NCBI RefSeq assembly: GCF_963921235.1
Contig: NC_086097.1
Coordinates: forward strand, 252,342,001 to 252,406,000
From: Mobula hypostoma
Taxonomy: Eukaryota
Direction: 5' to 3'
Length of the DNA stretch: 64,000 nucleotides
Shown: positions 23,601-35,971 of the stretch, one piece after another
How the letters are laid out: each line of letters starts with the position of its first letter
Position numbering within the stretch: the first letter of the stretch is position 1
Translations under genes and position numbers: made by a program
The notes under the pieces: model-generated
Seen by the model: the letters and a program-made list of their open reading frames with translations, nothing else
Told to the model about the DNA's origin: nothing
Databases searched by the model: none

Positions 23601-24161
23601 GGACACTGCCCACCCTCTCCTGTCACTGTACCCGTGTCCCCGGGCACTGCCCACCCTCTCCTGTCACTGTACCCGTGTCCCCGGGCACTGCCCACCCTCT
23701 CCTGTCACTGTACCCGTGTCCCTGGGCACTGCCCACCCTCTCCTGTCACTGTACCCGTGTCCCTGGCACTGCCCACCCTCTCCTGTCACTGTACCCGTGT
23801 CCCTGGGCACTGCCCACCCTCTCCTGTCACTGTACCCGTGTCCCTGGGCACTGCCCACCCTCTCCTGTCACTGTACCCGTGTCCCTGGGCACTGCCCACC
23901 CTCTCCTGTCACTGTACCCGTGTCCCCGACACTCCCCACTCTCTCCTGTCACTGTACCCGTGTCCCCGACACTCCCCACCCTCTCCTGTCACTGTACCCG
24001 TGTCCCTGACACTCCCCACCCCTCTCCTGTCACTGTACCCGTGTCCCTGGGCACTGCCCACCCTCTCCTGTCACTGTACCCGTGTCCCTGGGCACTGCCC
24101 ACCCTCTCCTGTCACTGTACCCGTGTCCCTGGGCACTGCCCACCCTCTCCTGTCACTGTAC
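20698..24161. repeat. 40-bp C-rich minisatellite (CCCGTGTCCCCGACACTCCCCACCCTCTCCTGTCACTGTA), about 85 copies
   Basis: Directly visible, with a strict 40-bp period in the 5' half and 39-41-bp variants in the 3' half. Confidence 0.98.
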
Positions 24162-25389
24162 TAATAGTTTTTACATTGGAGTTTTGTAATATAGCCAAGA
24201 GGTGATAATTACTAGTCTTGAGCATAAACTTTTTCTCTAGTGACTGAAGTTTCACCATGATGTCTGTGAGCCACTCCCAAGTTTTCATATTTTGGGTCTG
24301 GTTGTGTGAACTTGAACTTCACTTTATTTCTGGGTGTGTGCTTTCTCACCAGACTGGTATTGTGAGCTGCTGTTCATTATACAGGTTGTCGTACAAAACT
24401 GGAATTGTTTACATTTGGTGCTTGTATCTAATGTAGTCAAATCAGCTGACACTTCTATCAGGCAAACAGTTGAAATAAGATTTTTAAAAAGACATATTTC
24501 GCTTAGAGAAGGTACATTATTGTGGCAGCGCTCCTTCCTCTGAATCAGCTGTTGCAGGAGGGTTTTGAGTCAGATTTCTGGGTATCACAAACAAATTGAG
24601 GAGCGGTTCAGATTTATAGGAGCGGATTCTGGCCATTCAGCCATGATTCATGGCTGATTTGTTACCCCTCTCAACCTCATTCTTCTGCCTTCTCCCTGTG
24701 TCTTTTGATGCCTTGACTAGCCATGAGCCTATCAACCTTTGCTTTAGATATGCTCAGTGATGGGGCCTCCCCTGCTGCCCGTGGCAATGAATTCCACATT
24801 TGTATCACATTTACACAAAGGTAATATTAGGAATTTGAAATTTTTGAACAGTCAGTTGAAATGGAAAATTAGGACCTCATGGAACCTTTGTATCATGACA
24901 GGTGATCTGCCCTTAGAATTGTCCATGATCCCTCCCATCTGTCCCACGATCTCTTTGATCCCCGACCATCAGCCAGGAGGTATGTAGCATTAGGATGCGA
25001 AACAGCTTCTTCTCCCAGGCCGTGAGACTTCTGAACTCCCTGCCACCACCCAGGTCTCATCACGTGTACAGCGTTATACTATTTATTTTTTAAATTTGTA
25101 TCATAAATGCATCCTATGCTAAATGTCAATCTTCTGTAATACATTTTATGTATTTATTTGTGGTAATATAACTTTGTGTGTGAGTTGTATGTACTCTTGT
25201 GCACTCTGGTCAGACTAACATTTCATTTGGCAGTATACATGTGTACAGTTGTATGACAAAAAACTTGAACTTGGAAGTTATAGATTGAATATTGGACATG
25301 TTTAAGTATTTTGATGATCTGTTCCTGTTCAAATGCCTGTGATGGTTCGTTTATGATTGCTCTGATGTACGGTTAGTTGGCACTGTATG

Positions 25390-25840
25390 ATAAGACCGTA
25401 AGACATAGGAGCAGAATTAGGCCATTCAGCCCATTAAATCCGCTCCTCCATTTCGTCTTGGCTGATTCCGGATCGCATTCAACCCCGTTCACCTGCCCTC
25501 TCACCATATCCCTTGATGCTCCAACCAGTCAGGAATCTATCACCTTCCACTTTGAATATACTCTACCCACAGACCTGGCCTCAACCACAGTCTGTGGCAG
25601 ATTCACCACTCTTTGACTAAAAACATTCCTCCTTACTTCTGTTCTAAAAGGTTGCCTCTCAATTTTGAGGCTGTGCCCTCTAATTCTGGATACCCCCACC
25701 AGAGGAAACGTCCTCTCCACATCCACCTTATCTAATCCTTTCAATATTTGGTAGGTTTCACTGAGATTCCCTGTATTCTTCTAAATTCCAGTGAGTGCAG
25801 GCCCAAAGCTGCCAAACACACATCGTATGTTAAACCCTGT
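25390..25840 (-). mobile_element. CR1 3'-end fragment
   Basis: ORF 25529-25744 reads KGLDKVDVERTFPLVGVSRIRGHSLKI..FSQRVVNL. The tail AAGACATAGGAGCAGAATTAGGCCATTC is present. Confidence 0.8.
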
Positions 25841-26671
25841 AGTGCTTTATTTTTGGTTATTGCTTATTCAGACTCATTTATTGATGAGAACTTTTATAAT
25901 TTTATTTTAAAACTGCATTACAAAACCATTTCATCTGCACTGGGTTGAAATTAAGCTCTTTAAAATATGAGCACATTATTTAACTTACCAGCTGTTCCTC
26001 CGTTCATGTCAGTTTTGAATTAGAGTAGCACAGGGGTTAGCGTGACATTATTACAGCTTGGGGTGTTGGAGTTCAATGCCAGTGCTGTCTGTCAGGTGTT
26101 TGTATGTTCTCCCTGTGAACTGAATGCTCCGTTTTCCTTCCACATTCCAAAGACCTACTGTTTTTGGTCATTGTAAATTGTCCTGTGATTAGGCTGGGCA
26201 GCGTGGCTCCCCGCTGTATCTCTAAATAGATCATAAATGATGGTGTTTCCACAGCCCTCCCTCCTACTCCTTGCACACTCATGACTCTGTGGGCACATTT
26301 TGCTCTAACTTCATTGTAATGGGCTACATTCAAATAACCCTGAGTCAGATTATTGCATAGAGCTCAGTAACATGTTGTCATCACAACACCCATTTCCCCA
26401 ATGTCAGCAAAACAAAAGAGCTTTTCATTGACTTCAGAAAGGGGGCAGTGCACATTCTCCTGTCTATATCAATGGGGTTAAGAACTTCAAGTTTTTTGGT
26501 GTGAACATCACTAGCCTGTCCTGGCCCAACCATGTTGCTATCATGGCCAAGAAAGCTAACCAACACCTCTACTTTGACAGGAGGCTAGAGTAATTTAGTA
26601 TGTCCCTGTCAATTCTTGTCAATTATTTATCGATGCACCATAGAAAACATTCAGTCCGGATGCATCACAAG

Positions 26672-26905
26672 CGAGAGAAAATCTGCGTGTGCTGGAAATC
26701 CAAGCAACACACAGTGCTGGAGGAACTCAGCAGTCCAGGCAGCGTCTATGGGAAAAAAGTACAGTCGACGTTTTGGGCCGAGACCCTTCATCAGGACTAG
26801 AGAAAAAAAGGTGACTCTGACTTCCCATCTTTTTTTTCCCTAGTCCTGATGAAGGGTCTCAGCCTGAAATGTTGACTGTTTACTTTTTTCCATAGGTGCT
26901 GTCTG
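26672..26905. repeat. Inverted pair of Penelope-like terminal repeats, each with a minimal hammerhead ribozyme-like core
   Basis: The + copy is TAGTC CTGATGA AGGGTCTCAGCCT GAAA TGTT GACTG (26841-26878). The - copy is TAGTC CTGATGA AGGGTCTCGGCCC AAAA CGTC GACTG (26762-26799). Confidence 0.75.
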
Positions 26906-27167
26906 TTTGCGTCACAGCTTGATACGGCAGTTACTCTGTACATGACAGCGTGAAACTGCAGAGTTGTGGACACGACACGGCACACAACACAAGCAATAAA
27001 CCAATGCAAATGATGGTAGATTTAAATGATAAACAAAGATTGAGCAAATTGGTTTCAGTTTCAATGGATAGAAACATTTTGCAGTTAAATATTTCAGTAG
27101 AGTCTTTTAAATTGTAATGTAATTTGTAAAGGCTGTAATCTCGGGATTACTGCCTGTCCTCTGACAG

Positions 27168-28125
27168 TGAGTATAGGAACAGAATGAGGTGGAGGATAAA
27201 TGTGTGGCTGAGGGATTGGAGCAAGGGGCAGGGATTCAGATTTCTGGATCATTGGGACCTCTTTTGGGGCAGGAGTGACCTGTACTAAAAGGTCAGATTG
27301 CACTTGAATCCGAGGGGGACTAATATCCTGGTGGGGAGGTTGCTAAGGATATTGGGGTGGGTTTAAACTAGAATTGTTGGAGGGTGGGAACTGAACTGAA
27401 GAGACGAAGGAAGAGGTGGTTGGCTCACAAATAGCGAAAGCTTGGAGACAAGTATGAGAGGGAGGATAGGCAGGTGATAGAGAAGGGACGCGCTCAGACT
27501 GATGGTTTGAGATGTGTCTATTTTACTGCATGAAGCATCATGAACAAAATGGATGAGCTTAGAGCGTGGTTCAGTACTTGGAGCTATGATGTTGTGGCCA
27601 TTACAGAGTCTTGGATGGCTCAGGGACAGGAATGGTTACTTCGAATGCCAGGCTTTGGGTGTTTCAGAAAGGACAGGGAGGGAAGCAAAAGAGGTGGGGG
27701 TGTGGCATTGTTGATCAGAGATAGTGTCACGGCTGCAGAAAAGGAGGAAGTCATGGAGGGATTGTCTGTGGAGTTTCTGGGTGGAAATCAGGAACAGGAT
27801 GGGATCAATAACTCTACTGGGTGTTTTTTGTAGACCACCCAATAGTAACTGGGACATCGAGGAGCAGATAAGGAGACGGACTCTGGAAAGGAGTAATAAT
27901 AGGGTTGTTGTGGGAGATCTTAATTTCCTGAATATCGATTGGCATCTCCCAAGAGTGAGGGGTTTAGATGGGGTGGAGTTTGTTAGGTGTGTTCAAGAAG
28001 GTTTCTTGACACAATGTGTGGATAAGCCTACAAGAGGAGAGGTGTACTTGATCTGGTATTGGGAAATTAACCTGGTCAGTTGTCAGATCTCTCAGTGAGA
28101 AAGCATTTTGGAGATAGTGATCCTA
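27168..28125 (+). mobile_element. CR1 fragment: ORF1 esterase C-terminus and ORF2 endonuclease
   Basis: It encodes WLRDWSKGQGFRFLDHWDLFWGR..LHLN, then YDVVAITESW, RKDREGSKRGGGVALL and GDLNFLNIDW. Confidence 0.85.
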
Positions 28126-28222
28126 TTTCTGCTATTGCCCATGGTAAGAATAGTGTGCTTTTCAACCTGCAATTTGATAGTGTTGTGTTTTGCTGAAACA
28201 GTTCAGTTGTAGATTGCCAAGG

Positions 28223-28427
28223 GGAAGAAGAAGAATAAAGCCCTTAACTCCAAGTGGAGTCACCGGAACGTCGTCATGATGGCGTTTTTTTTAGCAGGCT
28301 TTCTTATTTTTACGAGGCTGAGTTGCTAGCTCGATGCTTAACCCAGCGCAGATGGAAAGCGTGCAAGGGAGCCAGCTGGATTCGAACTCAGAAGTCCGGC
28401 ACTGATGCCACTACGCCACCAGCCAGC
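28223..28427 (-). mobile_element. tRNA-derived SINE with TSD
   Basis: On the minus strand it has an A box TGGCGTAGTGG, a B box GTTCGAATCC and a (TTC)n tail. TTGCCAAGG is duplicated at 28214-28222 and 28428-28436. Confidence 0.85.
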
Positions 28428-29547
28428 TTGCCAAGGAGAGCCTCCTAATATAATTAGTTCATAGGTAACAAACATAAACTTGTATTTGGACGTCACTGAA
28501 TCAAGTATAACAATGATTGAAAAACTCAACCTTTTGGTCATCAGTGCACACAATTAAGTGTGGCATTATGCAGATTGGTGGGAAAAGAAGGACAGATTTT
28601 GTATGGAAATGTTACAGTAATTTGACCAATGCAATGGAGCATGATTGGTTGAAAGTTTCAGTATGTTTCGATGGGTACATTTAATGTCAGAAAAATTTAG
28701 ACAATATACATCCTGAAATTCTTTTTCTTCGTGAAAACAGGAGTACCCCAAAGAATGAATGACAGTTAAACGTTAGAACCCCAAAGCCCCTCTCCCACAC
28801 ACAAGCAGCAACAAGTCAACAACCCCCCCCAACTACCACCAGCAAAAAAGCATCAGCACCTTCCATCGAGCACTCAAGTGTGCAGCAAAGTATCAATAAA
28901 GACACAGACTTGCAGTACCCCACAAACTACTTGTTCACCAGGCTCTCTCTCTCCCTAATAAGGGAAAAAGAGATGTCCCCGTTTCACAACGAGAGGGGAG
29001 ATATACAAATAACTCACTGATTTATGACGTTAAAAGCCTGTTGCATCGCTTTTTCCAAGTTCTGCACCGAGAGTGGGCACCAAAAAGATGCCGCTGTCCG
29101 GGCATGCAACCCACGGCAGCTAACCTGCTACTCCAGATCCCGCGATGCATCAGTCTGAGGCACCGGCCTAGAATCAGCACGGCCCCAGAGCCATGAAATC
29201 CTGGAACCCTGAAGGCACGCTAGTCTTCCAGGCTGCGTCCTTGGGATATCAAAAAGCAGCTGGTCACGAGGCCCTGAGAGCGGGCCCCATTCCCAGGAAG
29301 GGAGAGTTAGATTGACCTTGGAGTATGTTAAAAGGACAGCACAACATTATGGGCTGAAGGACCTGTGCTGTGATGTTCTATCTTCTAATTTCTACTTTAT
29401 GTAGAACTTGTATATAGCACAGAGGTTCCTTAAGGTTATCTTAATTGGGGATAAGCTTTCACTACCTTTTATATTCTCCCGATGCTCTCAAATAACCTCT
29501 GAGAACCAAGTCCATCCCCTGGCCTTTACATGTGACATAGCTTCTAA

Positions 29548-29940
29548 GCCTGATGGGAGAAGGGGAAAAGGCGGGATACTGATGCCCTAAAACCAGTCAC
29601 TTCTGGCAGATGGGCCTCATCATCTGTGGTTCGCAGCTCATTTAGGAGAAGGAAAACTCTGATCTCAAATCTCCATTGCCTTGTGGCTTTACCCACTCGT
29701 GGGAAGGGTTCAGGAGTAAACCCTGAGGAAAAATCCCTAGCTGGAGTACCTTTGGCAGTGCTCCATTGAGTTCAGTGCTGACTGGCAACTCCTGCGACAC
29801 TGCTGGTACTAAACTGTATTGGTCTCTGCTGTTCTGCTCCGTGGGCAACAGCTTGCTCTCCATATTGTACTGACCTGACTTGCGTATCATGTAGACAGCT
29901 GGGACACAATGTCCATGGTAGATCCTGACCACCAGAGCCC
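29548..29940 (+). mobile_element. RTE-derived non-autonomous element
   Basis: It contains AGGAGAAGGAAAACTCTGAT, a motif typical of RTE 5'UTRs, and a TCCATGG-containing 3' end. A second copy lies at 18890-19175. Confidence 0.6.
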
Positions 29941-31539
29941 TCATATAGCACAGCTTAGTGCAAGTTATGAAACAATTTTGTGTATCATTTCTCTAGTGGG
30001 TGTGAGATCAAAAATTTCACCACAGAAAGATTTAGCTCAGGGTGATGGTGTCAGGTTTTAATTATCTGATTCTCTTTTCCCGTTTTCATTCACAGACATT
30101 GAGAATTCAGCCTTGCAAAGAACTAGTAAATGTAGTTAGCCTAAGGTTGTTGGGATTTAGGTTATGGGTGTGAAGTTATCTGGTGGGAAGAAAGCAATGG
30201 TACTTCGAGGACCTTTGCACAGTTAGGAAGTGGGTGGTGTAAGCTACTATGCTGGGTGACCCAAGGTTCCTTTGCAATTACAGTTATCTCTGAGCCAGAT
30301 TATCAGATTTAGAACTAACGACAAAAATATCAAGTTGACTGGAGAAACAGTCATGTAAAGCATTTTTATAATTTAGGAAGTTCTAGCAAGGGTAATTGTG
30401 AGGAGCTATACCGGAGAGATGGAGAAGGCAAGCCATGTGAGGAGTGATTGTGTGGAGGGAGGAGGAGTATATAAGAGAGTTGGCAGCTCTTAATATGATC
30501 CCAATCTGACTGCCTGATCCTGGTCCTCTCCCTTTCTCTCATTTCCCTGTCAGGGAACTGCAGAAGACTTGGACTTTTGTGTAAGAACTCCATGGAAGCC
30601 TACTTACTGTGTAGAAAACCAATGCAGCAGCAACAGGGGTAAAGTGTACAGGTCATGTAATAAGAGAGATTTAATTGATCATTTGCTTGAGGGGCTTTTT
30701 TTGGAAGAGTGATCATAATGTTATCAGGATTAGAACTTATTTTAGCCCAATTTGAAACCCAGATTGTACAAGAGAATAAAATGGGTAGTGTGCACCTGGG
30801 TGGCTGGAGTGTGGTATTAAACAGACAATGGCTAACTTGAGGAGTTTGATGAAATCGTCTCATGTTTCGTCAGTATTTTGTTTAATGAAGAAATGTGTTG
30901 ATACATCTTAAGAGATGTATTGAGTTGATAATACAGCGAATGAGGAGAAAGATACCTTAGCTTAATTTACTGTGTTATGAATGTTTTTTTTTAAACTGAA
31001 GTAATCACTTTAGAAGCTGTCTACTCCCATCGATCTGCACCCAGACCATACCCCTACCATCCATGTACCTATCCAAACTTCCCTTAAACATTGAAATCGA
31101 GTTCACATGGATCATTTGTGCTGGCAGCTCATTCTACACTCATGACCCTCTGATTGAAGAGGTTTCCCTTTGTGTCCCCTTAAACATTTCATCTTTCACC
31201 CACACTTTATAGAACTTCAGTGTTACATCCCATCTCCTGTACTCAATCATGAGAAAATCTGAAGTCGCTGGAAATCCAGAGCAACCTGCACAAAATGCTG
31301 GAAGAACTCAGCAGGTCAGGCAGCATCTATGGAAAAGTGTAAACAGTCTGTTTCAGGCTGAGACCCTTCATTAGTCCTGCAGCATTACGTGTGTATCTTG
31401 TACTCTATACTTTGATTTAATAAAGACAAATTATTTGTCCTTTTTGCATATCCCTCATAGTAAAGCATTTTACAGGTACCTATTTTAAATGCATTTCCTG
31501 GTGCAATAATCAAACAATTAACAGCCGAATTGCATATAG

Positions 31540-31790
31540 CAGATTTTCCGGTCAGGAATGATTCAGTGATAAATATTGGGAGAGTTAACTAATACCCTTG
31601 TAATTCAAAACAGTGTCATGAGAAGACAGGCCAAGCTTTGAGATAATGCTGTATTGGAAACACAGCATTTCTAACAGTACACTAATATTTCCTCAGCTGA
31701 GAAGCATCTGCATGAACATTGTGTTCTATTTTCCAAAAGGAATTTGAACCCCTCCCTATTACACTAAGGAATGCTAGAATTGAGCCAGGG
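31540..31790 (-). mobile_element. Very old DeuSINE (SacSINE1-like) remnant
   Basis: The blocks TTCAAAACAGTGTCATG, CATTTCTAACAGTACA, GGAATTTGAACCC and TGAGCCA occur in the order expected for the reverse complement of a tRNA-headed DeuSINE. Recognised by eye only. Confidence 0.45.
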
Positions 31791-33405
31791 CCAACAGCAT
31801 TAACTTTGGTTGCAAAAATACACTCAATACAAGTTATAACTCGACGTGAACATTACATGCAGCATCATAAAAAAAATTTTTTAATTTTTATGCTGAAAAG
31901 CCGTCCTCTATCCCTACCATTGATGCACTAATGGGCTGATTAAAAGTAGTACAATTGTTTTCTGCAGGTAACTTAAATTCAGATTTCTCACATGTATATC
32001 AAAACATACAGTGAAATGTGTCTTTTGTGTTAACCAACAGACCCATGGCTGTGCTGAGGACAGTCAGAGGTATCACCACACATTTCACTGCCAGCATAGC
32101 ACGCCCACCACGTTCAGCAGAATGACACAGAACATGGCAACAACAAAAACAAGACAGGTCATTGGGTATATTTAAAGCAGAGCAGACTCAATAGACTTAA
32201 ATAGCCTAATTCTGTTCCTATGCCTTATGGTGTAAACCAGGACAGCAGGAAAATAAGCTTGTTTCCCATATTTCCACCAACTCACACACAGGCCTACAAC
32301 TCCAGGAAAGGCTACCTCAAGGCCTCCTGTCCCTGGTCCCAAAGCTCAGATTAGCTGAAAACATTTAAAAAGTGAACAGCGTCATTCTTTCTATAGAAAG
32401 TGTGGTTTAAAAACACTAATATTAAGGATTTGGGACTATAGTGGCTAGACAGATTGCTCTAAGCACAAGCTCATGTCTAACATTAAAACTAAAACTGATT
32501 TTTTTATTGTATTATATATTTAAAGATTTTTTTAATATTGTGTTCCTTGATTTATTTTTTGTGCTGTATCAGATCTGGAGTAACAATTTTGTTCTCCTTT
32601 ACACTTATGTACTTGAAATGACATTAAATAATCTTGAATCTTTTTTCACACAATGAAAACAGCTACATCCTTGAATGAGCTAGAGCACAGTTTTGCTATC
32701 TAGCAAAGAACAGTATATTGTAAGAGAATGTATTGCTCTATTGTTGGATATTTAAGAGAGTAATAAAGAATTTAAAGCTTCCCCACACACTGTGCTTTTG
32801 TTTATTCCCCACTAAAAACCACCACGCTGCTATAAATAGAATTCTATTAATTTATGATTGAGCTCTGTACAGAATAATAGTAGCTGAGAATCCATATCCA
32901 AAGATACCACAAATTATCTTTCAAATGTGGTTCTGCTATTGTTGGAGCCCGTGATCTACATTTTGGTGGCATGTTTTTGGGCTGATTAAGCGAGCTTGTC
33001 TCTGTCCCTCTGTCTCTCTGGCAAGGTTTAATCGATGCTGTTAATGTCATTCACGTTATGATGTGTTTCTGGTTGCTTTTTTTTCCTGCTATTTTCATAG
33101 GGGCAGACTGACTCAATGGCCTGAAGTTAATGTATGGCACAGCGTTAGATTGAACTGAACTGAGGTATTTCTGGACTCTTTCGATGACTTGGGTTGATGT
33201 CTTACATGGTGTTTTTCTGCCATTTGTGTGATTTTTTTTGGTACGATGGGGGTTTGTTGTCTTTGAATGGGTGACATGGTGTTTCTTGTTTTGTGACTGT
33301 GAGAAGAGTTGCAGGGTTGCATACTCAGTACATAGTTTGAGAATAAATGTGCTTTGGATCTTTGATGTCGATTGGTTAAGAATCCCAATCAAAACAAAAT
33401 AAACA

Positions 33406-33948
33406 AGAGGAAATCTGCAGATGCTGAAGACTCAAACGACACACACAAAATGTTGGAAGGATCAGCAGACCAGGCAGCACCTGTGGAAAGTGTAGAGTCA
33501 ACGTATTGGGCTGAGACCCTTCATCAGAACTGGAGAAAAAAAAGATGAGAAGTCAGAGTAAAGGTGGGGGGGTGGAGGGGGGAGGAGAGGAAGAAATACA
33601 AGGTAGTAGGTAATACATGAAACTGGGGGAGGTGGAGCTGGACTAAAGAGCTGGGAAGTCGTTGCTGAAAGAGATAAAGGGCTGGAGAAAGTGGGATCTG
33701 AGAGCAGAGGGCAGAGGCCATGGAGGAAAGTGAAGGGGAAGGAGCACCAGAGGGAGGTTATAGTTTGAGAAATCAATGTTCATGCCATCAGGTTGGAGAC
33801 TACCCAGACGGAATACGAGGTGTTTCTCCTGCATCCTGAGTGTGGCCTCATTGCAGCAGTAGAGGAGGCCATGGACTGACATGTCAGAATGGGGATGGGA
33901 AGTGGAATTAAAATGGATAGCCACTGGAAAGATGTGCTTCGTGGTGGG
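33406..33948 (-). mobile_element. 5'-truncated Penelope-like element (GIY-YIG endonuclease C-terminus and terminal repeat) with a 14-bp TSD
   Basis: The ORF reads PVAIHFNSTSHPHSDMSVHGL..EKHLVFRLGSLQPDGMNIDF. AAACAAAATAAACA is duplicated at 33392-33405 and 33949-33962. Confidence 0.85.
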
Positions 33949-34059
33949 AAACAAAATAAACAGGTTAGAAAATGCCAGGAGCTCCACAGAAATCCTGTCT
34001 CATTAATCAAACTCTTGGATCCAAGTCATTTCTCATTGGAGTTGATATGTTTCATCAGC

Positions 34060-35360
34060 AGCCTCTCAGAACACCTCCGGCATACTGGATGTAGGTGCTA
34101 CTGGATAGTAGTCATTGAGGCAGGTCACCATGTTCTCCTTAGGCTCCTTAGGTATGATTGAAGCTGCTTGAAGAAGGTGGGAACTCTGACTGCTAAAGCG
34201 AAAGGTTATTGATGTCAGCCAGTTGATCAGCACAGGTCTTTCGTACTTGGCCTGGTACCCCATCTGGGCCAGAATCTCTCCGTGGGTTCACCCTCCTGAA
34301 GGATGCTGTCACACCAGCTTCAGAGACTGAAATCACAGGGCTAACAGGGGCTGTAGAAGTTCGTGATTGAGCCTCCATGTTTTTTTTGGTCAAGGTTGAT
34401 CACAGAAGGCATTGAGCTCATCTGGGAGTGAAGCCTTGTTGCCACCAATGTCACTTGGTTTCTCTCTGTAGGAGGTGATAGCATTCAAGCCCTACCACAG
34501 CTGTCGAGCATCCTTCAGTGATTCAAGTTCAATCCAGAATTACCACTTCATATGAGAGTTGGATTCCTGGACCTCTTGTATTCTACTTGGTCGACAGACC
34601 TGAATGCCGTTAATTGGGTCTCAGCAGACTGCGGTTCTTATGGTTCAACCAGGGCTTCTGATTGGGGAACACTGATTTTCTGGGGACACAATTGTTTGCG
34701 AATGTTTTATAAAGTCCATGACAATCACGGTTTATTCATTCTGATGCTCTGATGAGTCCGTGAACGTGGCCCAGTCCACCGACTCATAGCCATCCTGTAG
34801 CTGCTCACCTGCCTCCCATGACCACCTCTTTGTTGTCCCTATCACTGGAGCACTGGAGCCTTGCTCTTTAGCCTCTGCCTGTACACAGGTAAAAAGCAGA
34901 CAGCCAAGTGATCAGATTTCCCAAAATGCCGTCTACGGATGGAACAGTAGGCATTCCAAATCATAGTAGAGCAGTGGTCCAGTGTGTTGGGATCCCTGAT
35001 GCTGCAGTTTATGCGCTGATGATAAATAGGCAAAGATTTCTTCAAACAAGCCTGATTGCAGTCGCCGACTAATTTTTGAAATGCATCAGGGTGGACTGTT
35101 TCTTGTTTGGTGATGGTAGCATTTAATGTTATGTGTGTCTGATTAAGGTCATTGGGCAGAAATTGATAAAGTCCATGCCTTGATTAGTCAGGGCATGAAA
35201 AGATACAGGGAAAAGGCAGGATCTTGGGGCTGAGAGAGAAAGTAGATCAGCCATGGTGACATAACGGAGCAGACTCGCTAGGCCAAATTCTGCTCTGATA
35301 TCTTATGGTCTTATGACGGCTTTTGGCAGTATGTAAACTGTGGTCAGGATCATGGAGGAG
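34060..35360 (-). mobile_element. Rex1/Babar-type LINE fragment (endonuclease end to RT start), with a small CR1 tail nested inside
   Basis: Motifs PNTLDHC..FGKSDHLAV, FRRVNPR..GPDGVPG and TCLNDYYPVA are present. Confidence 0.8.
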
Positions 35361-35907
35361 AACCTTCCTTGTAACAACGGGTGGCATTTCCCCAGCAGGT
35401 GATTGTTAAATCACTTCCAAGGTTTTCTTATCCACAAATATATACCCAATACAACCGTGTAGGAAGTATTTACTCACGTTAATTATAAATTTGTCATTTA
35501 CCATCTTAAAATTTTGGCCCATTACCTGAACTAATTATTAACAAGGCCTTCCTTAAAGGCCTCATTCTGTACAGAGCAGTGGAGAAGCATAGCTGTGGTC
35601 AGCACTGGGGATTACTCACTCCTTCACCTCTGATCTTTAAACTGTAACTCAGGCTGGAACCCAGTGCTATTCAGAAGGTCCAGGCAAAAGACTGCACTGC
35701 CTCAAATTCAAACTGACCTACTGTCAGGAACCTCCAGTTCAAATGCCTTGCCATGGACTAGATGGGCTGAAGGGCCTGTTTCTGTGCTGTACTTTTCTAT
35801 GACTCTATCATATTTTTGTCCAGTGTTTAACGATATGGTCATGGCTTCATCTCACTTGTGAAAATATTATGACGTGTTGTAATGTATGAATTTGACAAGA
35901 AGTCTTA

Positions 35908-35971
35908 TAGTACTGTGCAAAAGTCTTAGCACATGTACATAGTTAAGGTGCCTAACACTTGCACAGTATTG
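35908..35971. mobile_element. 64-bp Tc1/mariner-type micro-MITE
   Basis: The structure is TA|TAGTACTGTGCAAAAGTCTTAGCAC - 15-bp spacer - GTGCCTAACACTTGCACAGTATTG|TA. Confidence 0.65.

Noticed and set aside
19602..24205. Many long ORFs (up to 563 aa) with Gly/Ala or Pro/Cys/Ser repeats
   Set aside because: They are stop-poor translations of the 32-bp and 40-bp minisatellites, open in several frames and on both strands.
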